Of a DNA stretch of 64,000 bases, positions 11,845 to 23,327 are shown in pieces (position 1 is the first letter of the stretch; the number at the start of each line of letters is the position of its first letter). The stretch is from positions 62,001-126,000 of the forward strand of contig OX337228.1 in the NCBI GenBank assembly GCA_946965045.2, written 5' to 3'. The notes beneath the pieces are model-generated. The model was not told where the DNA came from, did not search any database, and worked only from the letters and a program-made list of their open reading frames with translations. Source of the stretch: Epithemia pelagica. Its lineage: Eukaryota; Protista; Bacillariophyta. The position numbers were made by a program, and so were the translations under genes.

Positions 11845-13061
11845 GAGCAAACAAAGAAGGAACAGAAGAAGAAGAAGAAACAATCCACAACAGCAACAGC
11901 ACAACAAGAAGAAGGACGACGACAAGACTATGCCTCGGCCTACCGAGCCGCTCGTCAAGCCGTCTTGTATGACGAGGATGACACGCAAAGAGCATTGCCA
12001 CCACAACCACCATTGCCCTTTCGAAATGGCATGTACAAGGGTACCTATCACGATGCCCATGGGAGACTCTTGACAGTCACGACCCATCTCGTCGTGTTGG
12101 ACCAAAAGAAGAACCCAACCAAGACGACACCAATGAAACGTGAAGCACCACAAGACACTCCTCCTACCAACCACCGTGAAGTGTGGACTCTTTTGGCAAG
12201 ACGACACCAATGAAACGTGAAGCACCACAAGACACTCCTCCTACCAACCACCGTGAAGTGTGGACTCTTTTGGGAATTGGTCGAGATTTTTGGGAATCCT
12301 TTGAGATTGTCGAAGGATTTGTCTGTCCCCGTACCGGTCGTGCCTATTGGGTCCACGCCTCCTCGGAAGGAGGCCGTGTCTTGACGACGGGAACCTTTGT
12401 GGTGAACCACAACAAGAAGGATTCTTCTTCTTTTAGTTCGTGTTGCTCGCTCACACAAGCGTCATGGATTTCGAATCAAGCGTGGTGCAAACGAGTCACC
12501 CCGTATCTCTCGTTTGAATTCGTACGGACACTTCCCCATGATGACGACAAGAATCCGCAGGACAAGGATTCTCAGAATCGATCCATGACGACGACAACAA
12601 CAACAACAACGACAAGGACGACGAACTCCGGCGGCACATCCGCAACAACTGCGAAGGCCATCATTAAGAACGCCACCACCACAAGTCGAACTCCTACAAC
12701 TCGTCCCCCAGTTCCGGCCCAAATCTCCTACCCAGGAACATCACGAGTCGTTGCAAGGTGCTCCACGACACCCCCCCACCTCGGGAACGTAGTTGTAGCT
12801 CTACTACGAATCCGATCCGGGAGCATTCATCCATCCATTCATTCATTCTCGTCGTGGGCCATCAATAAGCCAACAACAGAGGATGCGACGGATTGTCATG
12901 GTGGCGGTGGTGTGACCCCCAAAAGAAGAAGAAAAAGAAGACTTGTTGGTTTTGGATCGGAGAACCACATTAGTGTTTCACTGTTCTTGTTTTTGGTTGT
13001 CGTGGATCGATATGATATAAGTGAGCTAGATTCTTGGTCGTGCCGAGAGAGGTGCTTATAA
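11361..13061 (+). pseudogene. Gly/Arg-rich single-pass membrane protein with an unnamed beta-rich C-terminal domain; frameshifted copy 1
   Basis: RVLRGGRGGGG, TM (WMIGVVVVVVAVVLGNVW), poly-Q/K, then domain NGMYKGTY...WTLLGIGRDFWESFEIVEGFV...RAYWVH...LTTGTF. Frame breaks near 11530 and at the 77-bp tandem duplication. Confidence 0.7.
12120..12273 (+). repeat. Perfect 77-bp tandem duplication
   Basis: caagacgacaccaatg...gtgtggactcttttgg starts at 12120 and again at 12197. Confidence 0.95.
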
Positions 13062-13434
13062 CTATCTAGTCTATACATGTTCGAAATCCCCAAATGAGGG
13101 CAAGACTAGTAGCCTTTGGAGCGAATAACGTTCTCATATCCTCAATCATGGTTCCCGGATCGAAAAGCTCATAATAATACTGACAACTACAACAACCATT
13201 GAACCATTTCCCCTCCTTCTGGAGTGTCTGGTACGAACCGACAGTATAGCAATATTACACACTCGGTACGAACTGTGTATTGTTGTCCTCTGGGATCTTG
13301 TTGTTGTTGTTGCTGCTGCTGCTACAAAAGCCACTCCGTGTCGTTCGTGTCGTCATTTTGTTTAAATCATTACTGCTCACGTGGTTTCCGCTCTCCCTAG
13401 TATATATAGTGCAATTGTCATCGTCGTCGTCGTC

Positions 13435-13857
13435 ATGACGCTTTTGGGACAAGAAGAAGAAACCACACCACTGCACCGCATGTTGCGGGGTGGTGGTGGC
13501 CGCGGTGGTGGTGGTGGTGGTGGACGAGGCAGTCGAGGAGGTGGGGGTGCTGGTGCGGGTGGAGACTCATCATCGAGCAATAACCAGGAAAACTCGGGAT
13601 GGATTGTCGGGGTCCTGATTGGAGTGGTGGTGGTCCTGGTGATTGGCTGGTTTTGGTTGTTTCGACCATGGCGACAAATACCAAGGACACGACACAACCA
13701 ACCACCACCACAACCATCACTCGTAGGAGTAGAGGGTTCGTCGTCCTCGTCCTCCTCCCCTCAAACGGCCTTGTCCACCACCACACACAAACACCCATTC
13801 TCCACAGCCGCATCAATCACTCCCACCACCACAAGTAATACAAGTAGGAATACCTAG
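13435..13857 (+). CDS. Short Gly/Arg-rich single-pass membrane protein, copy 2 (lacks the beta domain; possibly truncated)
   Basis: MTLLGQEEE...RMLRGGGGRGGGG...GWIVGVLIGVVVVLVIGWFWLF, paralogous to 11530-12213 and 33992-34927. Confidence 0.55.
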   Translation: MTLLGQEEETTPLHRMLRGGGGRGGGGGGGRGSRGGGGAGAGGDSSSSNNQENSGWIVGVLIGVVVVLVIGWFWLFRPWRQIPRTRHNQPPPQPSLVGVEGSSSSSSSPQTALSTTTHKHPFSTAASITPTTTSNTSRNT

Positions 13858-14337
13858 TAGTACACTAGAGATATCCTTTCGATCACAGCTGGGAGTCGAG
13901 CACAGGAAAGGGGTCTCGGAATCAAAAGTCGCCGCTTGCCTGAGGATGCTCCAGTGGACGAGACTTGTGAGCTGTTTTGGGTTTTTGAACGGGAGAGTTC
14001 CTCTTGTCCTCACGCATCGTGGTGAGGATGATCCTCTTGGAGGAAGCAGATTGGAGGTGAAGCATAGACACGACTCTTTTGATTGGAATCAGCCCTTTCC
14101 TCGATCTCGAATCAGTCCTCGACGTAGATTAGTATTCCTAAGGATAACAAACTGTCTCCACTGACGCACCGTCGTCATGTTCCCAGTATCACCGCCCACA
14201 CTACACCCAACAATAACAACAACAACAACGTCGTTTGTCGCACCATGTGCCTCGTTGCCCATGGTACCTCTGCTTTGAGCACGAGTAGACATCATTAACA
14301 CCTCCCACTCCACAACAGCACCATTATTTCTGTCCAG

Positions 14338-14463
14338 AAAAATGAGGAACCAACGGTCCACACGCATGCGGCGACCCGACGCGCGCGCGAAAAGTTCAGT
14401 CGCGATACATTCAAGAGCGATGGATCCGCGATTCGACAGAAAATACGAACCGAACGTGACACC
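14338..14463 (+). promoter_or_regulatory. Shared intergenic cassette copy B
   Basis: aaaatgaggaaccaacggtccacacgc...gcgatggatccgcgattc...aaaatacgaaccga, nearly identical to the reverse complement of 35155-35280. Confidence 0.5.
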
Positions 14464-14897
14464 TTCCCATCGACGACCAACCAACGAGAACAACACGACA
14501 GAAAGGAAGAATACGAGAACAAGAAGATCCTTACACCGTTTCAGCAGGATGATGGGAAGGATCTCAATTTCTCGTGAGATCGCAATCTTCCCACAACACA
14601 GTCACACAAACACTGCCGAACCGAATCCAACCAAAAAGTCGACAATACAACGACAACAGACAGTACTTAGCGCATCCGAACCACTCGAAACCAACGTCAC
14701 ATCAGACTCTCGATCGACACCATCCTTATCATGGCCTTGACAATGATTAATCTCTTTATCCTTGATCAAAAGGTTTGTGTTCTGCCATGTGAGAGAATCC
14801 ACAGATGGACAACTCTTTTGTCTCTCCCTCACATCCTTTGTTTCTCTCGATAATCTTGTAGGAACTTCGGATTCCTTTGCTGCTCGTGGACAGCCTC

Positions 14898-15404
14898 ATG
14901 ATTTTGGGAGCACATCGGTACGTTCCACACTGACACGGACAAGGAATCCATCCACACGACATGGCTGTCACAGGCTATGGTTGGGGCCTAAAGTCTATCA
15001 TCCTTCGGATCCCATCACTCTTACTTAGCTGTTTGTTTGTCTGTTTGGTTTTTGTATGGGTTTTGCTCGGTCATTGTTTGTGGATCCGGTCATTTGGTTG
15101 GTGAATCGCAACTTCCATTCCATGTTCCTGGTTGGATTCTTCTCCTCTGTGTTTTGGCTTTTTGTCTTGCAGCTACGAACGACACTTGGTCCAGGAACGC
15201 CAAGCCCTTCACGACAAGCAATTGCATCAAGCCCAAGTGCAACACGAATTGGAAAAACGCGACAAGCGAGCGCAACAATTGGAACACCGAGCGCAGCAAA
15301 AGGCCCACTTGCAGGCTGCCAAGGTTTCCATTGGGAACAACAACAAGACGCTCCTGGCCTCGAGTCGCATTCAACAACCCGACAAGGCCAAAAAACTCAT
15401 ATAA
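14898..15404 (+). CDS. Possible small basic coiled-coil protein (putative exons 14898-14917 and 15173-15404)
   Basis: Pyrimidine tract ending ttgcag before YERHLVQERQALHDKQ...EKRDKRAQQLEHRAQQKAHLQ. The upstream gtacgt donor is in a compatible phase. No family recognised. Confidence 0.35.
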
Positions 15405-15659
15405 AAAGTCGTCCTCTGGAGTGATGTCGTCCAGGAGAACACACTAGTGTTCTATTCTTTGAGAGAGAGAGAGCAAGTCCCATAGACTAAGTGCCTATAG
15501 CAAATGAATCCTTCTAAAAACAACAGACACACACTGCGTTACGACAAACACCCAACGTTTCCTGTAGCCATACTAGACGAATAGCAACTTCCACCAGTGC
15601 CGTTTCGTTGGTTTCCTTCCTCGTCCAATCATACCTCAAGAGTCGGTGTGTGAGACTAC

Positions 15660-17536
15660 TTACATGGCATTGGCGGCCACGGCCGTCGTGGCCGCTGCGG
15701 AGGATGCCAGGGTCGTAGCGGTGGGTGGTGTCGTTGTCGTCGTCGTTGTGGTTGTTGTGGTCGTACTGGTACTGGTCGTTCCCCCCACCCGTAAGGCATC
15801 TTGCAAAAAGTAGGCCACCAAATCCTTGGCACTCACGACGCCCAACAAAATCGGAGGACGACTCGTGGGATGGGTAGTTGTGGGAGTGGCATCCATGGCT
15901 GTGACACCACCACTCGTAGACGTGGGATCAACCACCATGCTTCCCAACAACCCACCGGGCATTGTCGATGGAGCTGTCGTTGTCGTATTCAGATCTAACA
16001 TTCCAGGCATGGCAATGGATGGAACAGAATTTTCTTCTTCGGCGACTGGGTGTTCTTGTACCACGTAGAGTCGATGAAATCGTACTTGGGCAAAGGATTC
16101 AAAAATGGCTTGCAGGGTATGACTGGGACTACAGGTTCTCAAGGCATCCGGTGTCGTGACATCGTGTCGTGTTTGCTCCAACACATGGGCCAAGGTCAAA
16201 TTCAAATTGGACATGGCATCGTCGGCATCCTTGGCCTTGGTCAAAAAGGTAATATCGGAACGACTGTAGGCACCGACAATGACTCGACTGCCATCGGCCA
16301 AATGTTCCACAACGGGCAAGGCACTCAGCCCATGTTGGGCCATGAGTTCCAAGGCTTGTGCCAATGTTTGATTCGGTGTGGCCGTGACGAGTTGCGATCC
16401 ATACGTGCCAATGCCCAAATCGGTAATACTATCATCAAACAACCGTCGTTGTTCACGAAAATGCGTCACCAAATGTTCCAAAATGTGCGTATAGGTCAAA
16501 CAGGCCAAGACACGCATATCTTGCGTGTACATAATGGGCAAATAATCTTGTCCACTCTGTAACAATTGCAAACAGGCCCGATGCAAACTACACGTCGATT
16601 CGGCCGCTCCAAAGGGACGGACCTGCAAGGCGCCATGGGCTTGGGCATTTTGCAAAATATCGGCAATGCTCCACACGGCCAAATCGCCCACGCGTTTGGG
16701 AGAGTTTGTACTTGTTGTCGTGGTGGTACTTTCCTGGGTGGACGACGAGGTGACGGTCCGAAAATACCGCAAAATGTCAATAAAATCCGTCACGGTCAAA
16801 ATCCCGGCAAATTTGCATTGGACTGGATCCCACAAGGGAGCTGCTTGCATATCTGTAATGCGACAACAACCGTCAGAACAACAACGTGTATACATAGATA
16901 TATTATTCACACATGGGATAGATCCACAGTGTCAAATCGAATCCAAACCACGTCAAACGCAAATGATACAAATAGGGAAAGAGAGAGACAGAGAGAGCCA
17001 AAAGGTTGGTGAGAGACATGGTTTATCTTGTTGTTGAATTCACACCGAGACTGGTCGTCGTCACTGGCAGGTTGATCAAAAGTTTGACCGGGTCACCCTC
17101 TCCACAAACAACACGGCACTCTCCAGCACTTTTTTTATTTCTACAACTCTTTCTCCACGCACGTACCATGTTCGACGAGGGCATAAAAGGCCAATTGAAT
17201 GGGAATACGGGTATCAAAGACAACGACTTTGCCCGATCGTCGCAAACAGGCAAAACAATTTTGGCCTTGCAAAAATTGACAAATGGCTTGTCGACCGGCC
17301 GATCGGACCACTTGTTGTTCATTTTGCATGCGAATCGTATTCACCACGGACGAAGACGCTGTGGTGGTGGAGGACGAGACGGAGGCTCCTCCGGCCGGCA
17401 TTCGGGCCGCCAAAGTCGAAGAAGAAAGCATCATGGGTACTCCACCGGCTGCCGTCGGGGAGGACGACGAGGAGTGCGTGGCATCGACTCCTCCTCCTCC
17501 TGGTGTGTTGGTTGTGGCAGGGTTGGTGGGTAACAT
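15660..17536 (-). CDS. CBS-domain protein, AMPK-gamma/SNF4-like, 2 exons (17536-17167, 16852-15660)
   Basis: SGKVVVFDTRIPIQLAFYALVEH|DMQAAPLWD...FAGILTVTDFIDIL, plus LSALPVV and AYSRSDI CBS motifs. GT-AG intron in phase. Confidence 0.85.
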
Positions 17537-18299
17537 ACTGTGCAAGGCGATGGAATGTGTTTTGGTCGCTGCTTCTCTATTGCTGATTTGTGGTAGACGT
17601 TCCACCAAACAATATATGGTCCAACTCCGAAAATCCAGAACGAAACAAGGAGACGGGGAGAGTCGTTCTGTGTTTGGTGGTCTTGTCGTGAGCAGATTGT
17701 GTCTCTTGTTTTGTGTGTGTTTGGAAAGGATGAGAAATTCTCAAGTCTCGTTTGTCTGTCAACGGCCTTTTTGTCGATGAGTGCTGCTGCTATTCTTTAG
17801 ATCCTCCCTTTGCTCTTCCCGATATTCTATATCAATGGACCGTGTAGCAGTAGTGGAACGATCCAAAAGACAAACACTCTTTTCGAAGGATACAAATGGG
17901 ATGGGGTACATATACGGCTTTTGTGACACCACCGCGTCCGCGTTTTGCAGCGTCTCCAAGTGGGTCGCACATATAGTTCGTGACGCCGTAGTCTAGCTGT
18001 GCTATGTATTGTATGGTGTAGGAAAAGCTACCTTGCGCAATCTCTCGTCTCTCTCGCTCTATTCCTGTGCCTACCTATTCAAACATACCCTTCTCCTCAA
18101 TCTCCGGAACGTTGTTTGAGTGGATTGGTTCCCTTTTACAAGAAACATAGAGTGTGGTCTCCTGCTGTTTCGCTTGAATCTACAGCTACCAAACGTATCA
18201 TGGTGGTGATGGTGGTGCATCTCTCCAAGAAAGGCGGCTCCCAATCATAAAAGGGCATATTACAGTCAGGGTCTTGTGTGAGTGATGAAGAATGATTCG

Positions 18300-19604
18300 T
18301 TACGACTCGGGCGGGCGCCTATCCTCCTGTTTGTCGTGGAGTTGTTGCACCCGATTGGCGAGCAATTGAATCAAGACAAAACGAGGTTCCCATCCATAAT
18401 GGACAAACATGTCTCCCCCCAGTCGTGTTGTTCCAAACGATCGGCCTTGAATCATGGCACTCCAATCCACCATGGCGATCGTACTACTAGTACTATTCGT
18501 AGAATGATTGGTGGACCACCACCACGGTGATGGAATCATGGTTCGCAGTGCGGTATTGTAGGCTTGAATCTGGACATGATGCGCCGGATGCGGTTTGAGA
18601 CTGTGAGCGGAATAACCCGAGGTGCGCCAAATCACATGCACGGGACGATGCGATTGTTGTTGCAGCAACAAGGCTTGAATCAAGTCTTGACAGCGATGCA
18701 TCCATTCCGAAATGGATACGTCATTGCGAAACTTTTCGGCATAGGGAGGATCACTCTTGAGACGTGGCTCTTGACTAGCATGGTCCGCACAGACATGAGC
18801 CAATTCCTCATGCCAGACGCCCAAGGCAATCACGACAAGATCGTACTGAGGCCAAATCAACCCTCGTCCCACTCTTGGATCCTTGGTTGTTTTTGTTGTC
18901 GTTGTATTCGTGGTAATAGTCGTAGTAGGACTACTCGAGTAGTGCAGTTCGGCGTGTAACAAGTCGTAGAGTTGCGACAAGCAATTGATGCGCAAAAATG
19001 TGACATCGGTATGGATGGTTGAAATGCGTCGACAAATGGTATCCTTGGGATAGGCCGTGGAATCCTTGTACTGGGCCGTTTGGGCCCAGGGTCGTTGACA
19101 GGTGGGTTTTCGAGCTTGTCCATTGACATCAATCCATTGTTCCACTTGCCACACGTCCATATTGTGGTTTTGGGGGTTGTTGCTGTGGTGCGACGACAAG
19201 AGCGACACCAATTGCATGGCTGTTCGACGACCCGTCGAATCGCCCAACCACAAGATGGAATGACCCCGAAAAATCGTTTGCAATTGTGACACGGAATACA
19301 ATTTCAACCCTGCGGGAGGAATCCAGTGCGTGCCAATCCACGAACCCCTGGTGGTGGTAGTAGTAGTAGTATTGGGAACAGAGGTGGTGGAGTTGTTGTT
19401 GTGGGAGGAGTGGAGAACAGAAGTTGTTGTTATCGGTTGTGACTTGACACTGGAATGGGTGTTGCTGGTGGTGACATTCCAGGATGGAGTCAGTACGAGG
19501 AGGAGGACGATGAGCGATAGTACCACGAGAAGCATTCGGCTCACTCGCCGCCGTACCAATGGTTGGGAATCACGTCGTCCTACTGCTGGAGCGTTGTTCC
19601 TCAT
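18300..19604 (-). CDS. SGNH-fold (GDS...DxxH) type II membrane protein; paralogue 2 (more diverged)
   Basis: ILWLGDSTGRR, GGDMFVHY, anchor MLLVVLSLIVLLLVL. Shares GSWIGTHWIPP...LYSVSQLQ with the other paralogues. Confidence 0.75.
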   Translation of the reverse strand: MRNNAPAVGRRDSQPLVRRRVSRMLLVVLSLIVLLLVLTPSWNVTTSNTHSSVKSQPITTTSVLHSSHNNNSTTSVPNTTTTTTTRGSWIGTHWIPPAGLKLYSVSQLQTIFRGHSILWLGDSTGRRTAMQLVSLLSSHHSNNPQNHNMDVWQVEQWIDVNGQARKPTCQRPWAQTAQYKDSTAYPKDTICRRISTIHTDVTFLRINCLSQLYDLLHAELHYSSSPTTTITTNTTTTKTTKDPRVGRGLIWPQYDLVVIALGVWHEELAHVCADHASQEPRLKSDPPYAEKFRNDVSISEWMHRCQDLIQALLLQQQSHRPVHVIWRTSGYSAHSLKPHPAHHVQIQAYNTALRTMIPSPWWWSTNHSTNSTSSTIAMVDWSAMIQGRSFGTTRLGGDMFVHYGWEPRFVLIQLLANRVQQLHDKQEDRRPPES

Positions 19605-20071
19605 CTTGTGCGTGTCTGTCTCAGGATTTACGAAATTAGAATGGGAGACGAGGTCACCGACCCCCAATACCATCATCATCAACAACAATAAGACTGGTGA
19701 GCAGGATGGTGCCGGCTGCTCTCCGCTGTCATGGTCTCGAAGACCACGAATCCCTACAAAAGTGTCTTGGGAAGAAAAAAATGGGTCCCCTTCCGAGAAG
19801 TCCGAGCTTTGGACCCGCGTTTGGGTCGCGGTAGATTGCTGGCATAGCATCTATGCATGCTACTCCTAGGAGTGTATTCATCTACGAGAGAGCATCCATG
19901 CTGTGGAATTATTCTCATCATGGATCTAGCACCATGAATGTATGACATAACAAGTCTATACCAAGGCGTCAAAGGAACGGAGGATTGCAGTTTGCGTTGT
20001 GTTAGCGCGCGCAGGACGCAAGGGGGCATCGATTATATACTATACTAGTAGAATAATATCAGATGGAGCCC

Positions 20072-21040
20072 TTACGCGTATTCGCCGACATAGGGAAAGG
20101 GCCCTTGGGTCAAGACGGCTTGGGTGACCATACCGGAAAAGGCCAACATGGCCAAACGGCAATGAGTTATTTCCTTGAGCATCATTTCTTCCTCTTCTTC
20201 CGGTGTGAGACCGGTCATGAAACCAATCGGGTCCAATCCAAAGTCCCCGGGTTGACGGCCACTGCCATTCAACATTTGGACAATGGCGGGAATCGAAAGG
20301 GTTTCGGCCAAACCAATCCACAAAAACAATTGTCCCATGGCACCCTGTTTCACCAAGGCATCGTGTGCCGTAATACTGGTCAATCCTTCATAGGCTTCGG
20401 GCATGGGGTAAATGTGAAGGCCCAAATCGACGGCGGCAAAGCCGACAATGGCCAATTGAGCTTGACGACCATGCTTCAATTCCGCTTCTCGCAAAAAGTC
20501 CATGGGAACAAAGTCGGAAAATCGAAAGGGATCAAAACCGGCATCGCCCACATAGCCCTTGAGATTGGGAGGGTATTCCAAAAAGGGCAAGGCCGTACTG
20601 GCCACATAGGCCGGTTCTTCGGGTTCGGCCGGGGCGGCTTCTTCGGCAGCTTCTGGTTCCGCCACAGCGTCCGAAAAGACGCGAGACGACATGCGGCCTA
20701 CGACAACAAATCGCATTCATTCCAGGAGATTGGGATGGGGGTTGTCCAATGGCATTGTTACCAACAAATCAACAAGATGGAACGATACAGACTGTGAGAT
20801 TCGCACTTCAAGAGAGTTCTTCCTACTGCCCTTTCCAAAGAGATACAGAGGCAGTCTCTCGCCCTATCGACCACAGTTCATTCGCCAACACTAGAAGAAA
20901 CCAATCCGTCCCCGACACAACACGGCCATGACTGGGCAGTGTTCTTCCTCAACCATGAACAACAACTCACCAGCGAAGGAGGCCGGGGCAAAGGCGGCCG
21001 CCGAGCCAATTAGAGATGCCAAGCAAAGAACGGCCTTCAT
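20072..21040 (-). CDS. Lhcr: Lhcr-type fucoxanthin-chlorophyll light-harvesting protein, 2 exons (21040-20971, 20697-20072)
   Basis: GFDPF, FLREAELKHGR, EITHCRLAMLAF. Exon 1 MKAVLCLASLIGSAAAFAP is a bipartite plastid signal. Confidence 0.92.
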
Positions 21041-21770
21041 GGTCAAAGTGTATTGATTTTGGAGAGAGAGCGTGTTGGAGAGAGATGTTGCCGGTACGGC
21101 ACACTATGGGATAGTTGAACTGAAAGATCGCCGCAGTGCGGCCCGAAAAGATACAGCGACTCAAACGCGTTGGAGCGGCAGCTGTGGGATGAGAAGCGGA
21201 ACCTACAAACCTATACCTCCGCTATCTGCGGAAGGTACTATACTCCTACTCCTCTAGTAGAAGTACTCCTAGTTAGAACGACCAATGGCACAATGATGAA
21301 CTTCACTTGGCGCTCGTTTCACTCTCACGTATTGTCGTCACATCCTCCTCAACTTTTTGTTGGAGCAACCATTGAGCGCGAGACACGATTGTGTCTGTAC
21401 AAAAAGTATACCTCTCTCCCGTCTGCTAAGGTACCAGGTAGACGATCCTTTCAATGAACTCCTCTCTCTCATTGTCTCGGCACGCATCGCTCCCTATGGT
21501 AGAATAGAGATCCTATCTATAAGTTTTGTCTTCTTTGGACGGGACATACGTTTGGAAAGATCCTCGGATGCCTCTATCAATACTAAACCAAAAAGCCAAA
21601 AGAACAAGTCTAGAAAGAAAAAAAGACTAGCGACCATGTTGCTGCTGGGAGTTCCTTCTTGGCAGTGACAGACGACTACTACTACAAGAAGAAGAGCCAA
21701 CAACGAACTGGTCCAGAGAAGGGTGTGGGCATGACGGCAGGCACCTCACATGCGCGCGCACACATTCGAT

Positions 21771-22609
21771 TTAAAAGTATGGGAATCCCACGTCGTAATA
21801 GACGGATTGGGTGACCATCCCACCAAAGGCCATCATGGCCAAGCGTCCATTCATAATTTCTTGGTATTTCAGCGTTTCAATTTCCTCGTCCGACTTGCCG
21901 GCCAAGTATTCCAAGCCAAAGCCAAAGTCTCCGGGAGCCCGTCCCGATCCTTGCAACATTTCGGCAATGGCAAGCCATCCGACAATTTCGGCCAAACCCA
22001 AAAAGACGAGCATGTTGCCCATGACACCCTTTTCCACCATGACATCATGGGCCGTGGCCGAGGTCAAGCCGGCACCGTAGGGATGCAAAATCAAGCCTTG
22101 ATCGACACAGACATAGCCGACCACGGCCAACATGGCAATGCGACCGTGTTTCAATTCGGCTTCGCGCAAATAATCCATGGGAAAGTAGTCACTGACACCC
22201 AAGGGATCAAAACCAATGTCGTCGCCAATGTATCCCTTGAGGTTCTCCGGGTACGGCAAGAACGGCAAGGCCGGAGACTTTTCGTTCAACAGGGTGGCGG
22301 CGCGAGCTATTGTAGAACCGCAATCAAAGCAGAACAACAAGAAGAACAAGAACAAGAGGGTGGTTGGAACAAGCAAAACAAAGAACGGAGCGTATTGCCA
22401 TGAGAAAGGCCATATTCAATCAAAAGCAACCAACGAATTCAAAGGGGGACCATAGGGTGTCCAGAAATACTAGCCACTGACATTCCTTGCAGCTCTGCAA
22501 TAACAACAACTGTAACACTGCAGGTCCACCTACCACCATTGGATTGCGCTGAAGGAGCAAAGGCGGCGGCAGCACCCAACAAGCAAAAGGCAATTACGGA
22601 TTTCATCAT
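21771..22609 (-). CDS. Lhcr: Lhcr-type light-harvesting protein, 2 exons (22609-22534, 22306-21771)
   Basis: GFDPLG, YLREAELKHGRIAMLA, EIMNGRLAMMAF. Exon 1 MMKSVIAFCLLGAAAAFAP. Confidence 0.92.
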
Positions 22610-22742
22610 GGTGTTGGGGTATTATTAACAAAGCAAGGAGACAGACCTTGAAGGAGAGGAGGTTGAATCGCAAAGATCGGGGCCTATCTATCGAATGAAC
22701 GCACTGTCTGTCTGACGTTGGATCCGATGCGGGAATGTCGGA

Positions 22743-22866
22743 AGAGAGTTGAGTCCCGAATACAAGGTCGCGTAAACATATGCGGTCGCGGTAGAGAGTT
22801 GAGTCCCGAATGTCGGTCGCGTGTACCGTGTTGGTCGCATTAAAATTAAGGTCGCTTCTGAGTCGC
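22743..22866. repeat. Motif cluster: agagagttgagtcccgaat x2 and (g/a)gtcgc x6 in the Lhcr/ACC divergent intergenic region
   Basis: 19-mers at 22743 and 22793; GGTCGC at 22766, 22784, 22815, 22833, 22850; AGTCGC at 22861. Confidence 0.75.
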
Positions 22867-23327
22867 ACTTACTTGGAGATTCGACTGCACGGGGCGATCC
22901 GGTTCGCGTCACCATCACTCTCGCACGAAACGTGGGGTACGTCACCTTTCTCACATGCATCTCTTGCTTGTCGGTTGTCGGCCACCATGTCGTGATGTCT
23001 GTCTCTCTTTCAAATTTCGACGAGGGATCCATTCTCGATCCGCATCATCTCTTTTTTTTTCCAGCAGTGCGTCGTCGTCGTCGTATTTGCTTCACAAAGA
23101 TTTGACGGGGAACCCACACACACAAATACATACACACAACTAGAACGAACCAGAGTATCCCTTGTGTTGCTTTGGGGGGGTTCGGTTCGACCTTGTCATT
23201 GTTTGGTTTGGATTGCGCTTCACAAATCCATCCATCCATTCTTTAGCAGTTCGTTGGCTCCTTCTTTTGCTTCTTTTGCTTCTTGTTGTGGTTGTGACAT
23301 TGTCTTGCGAGTCCTATTACGATCAAT

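Noticed and set aside
11815-11880. (CAA)n, (ACG)n and (GTT)n tracts throughout the window
   Set aside because: Genome-wide background encoding poly-Q/T/N; not locus-specific.
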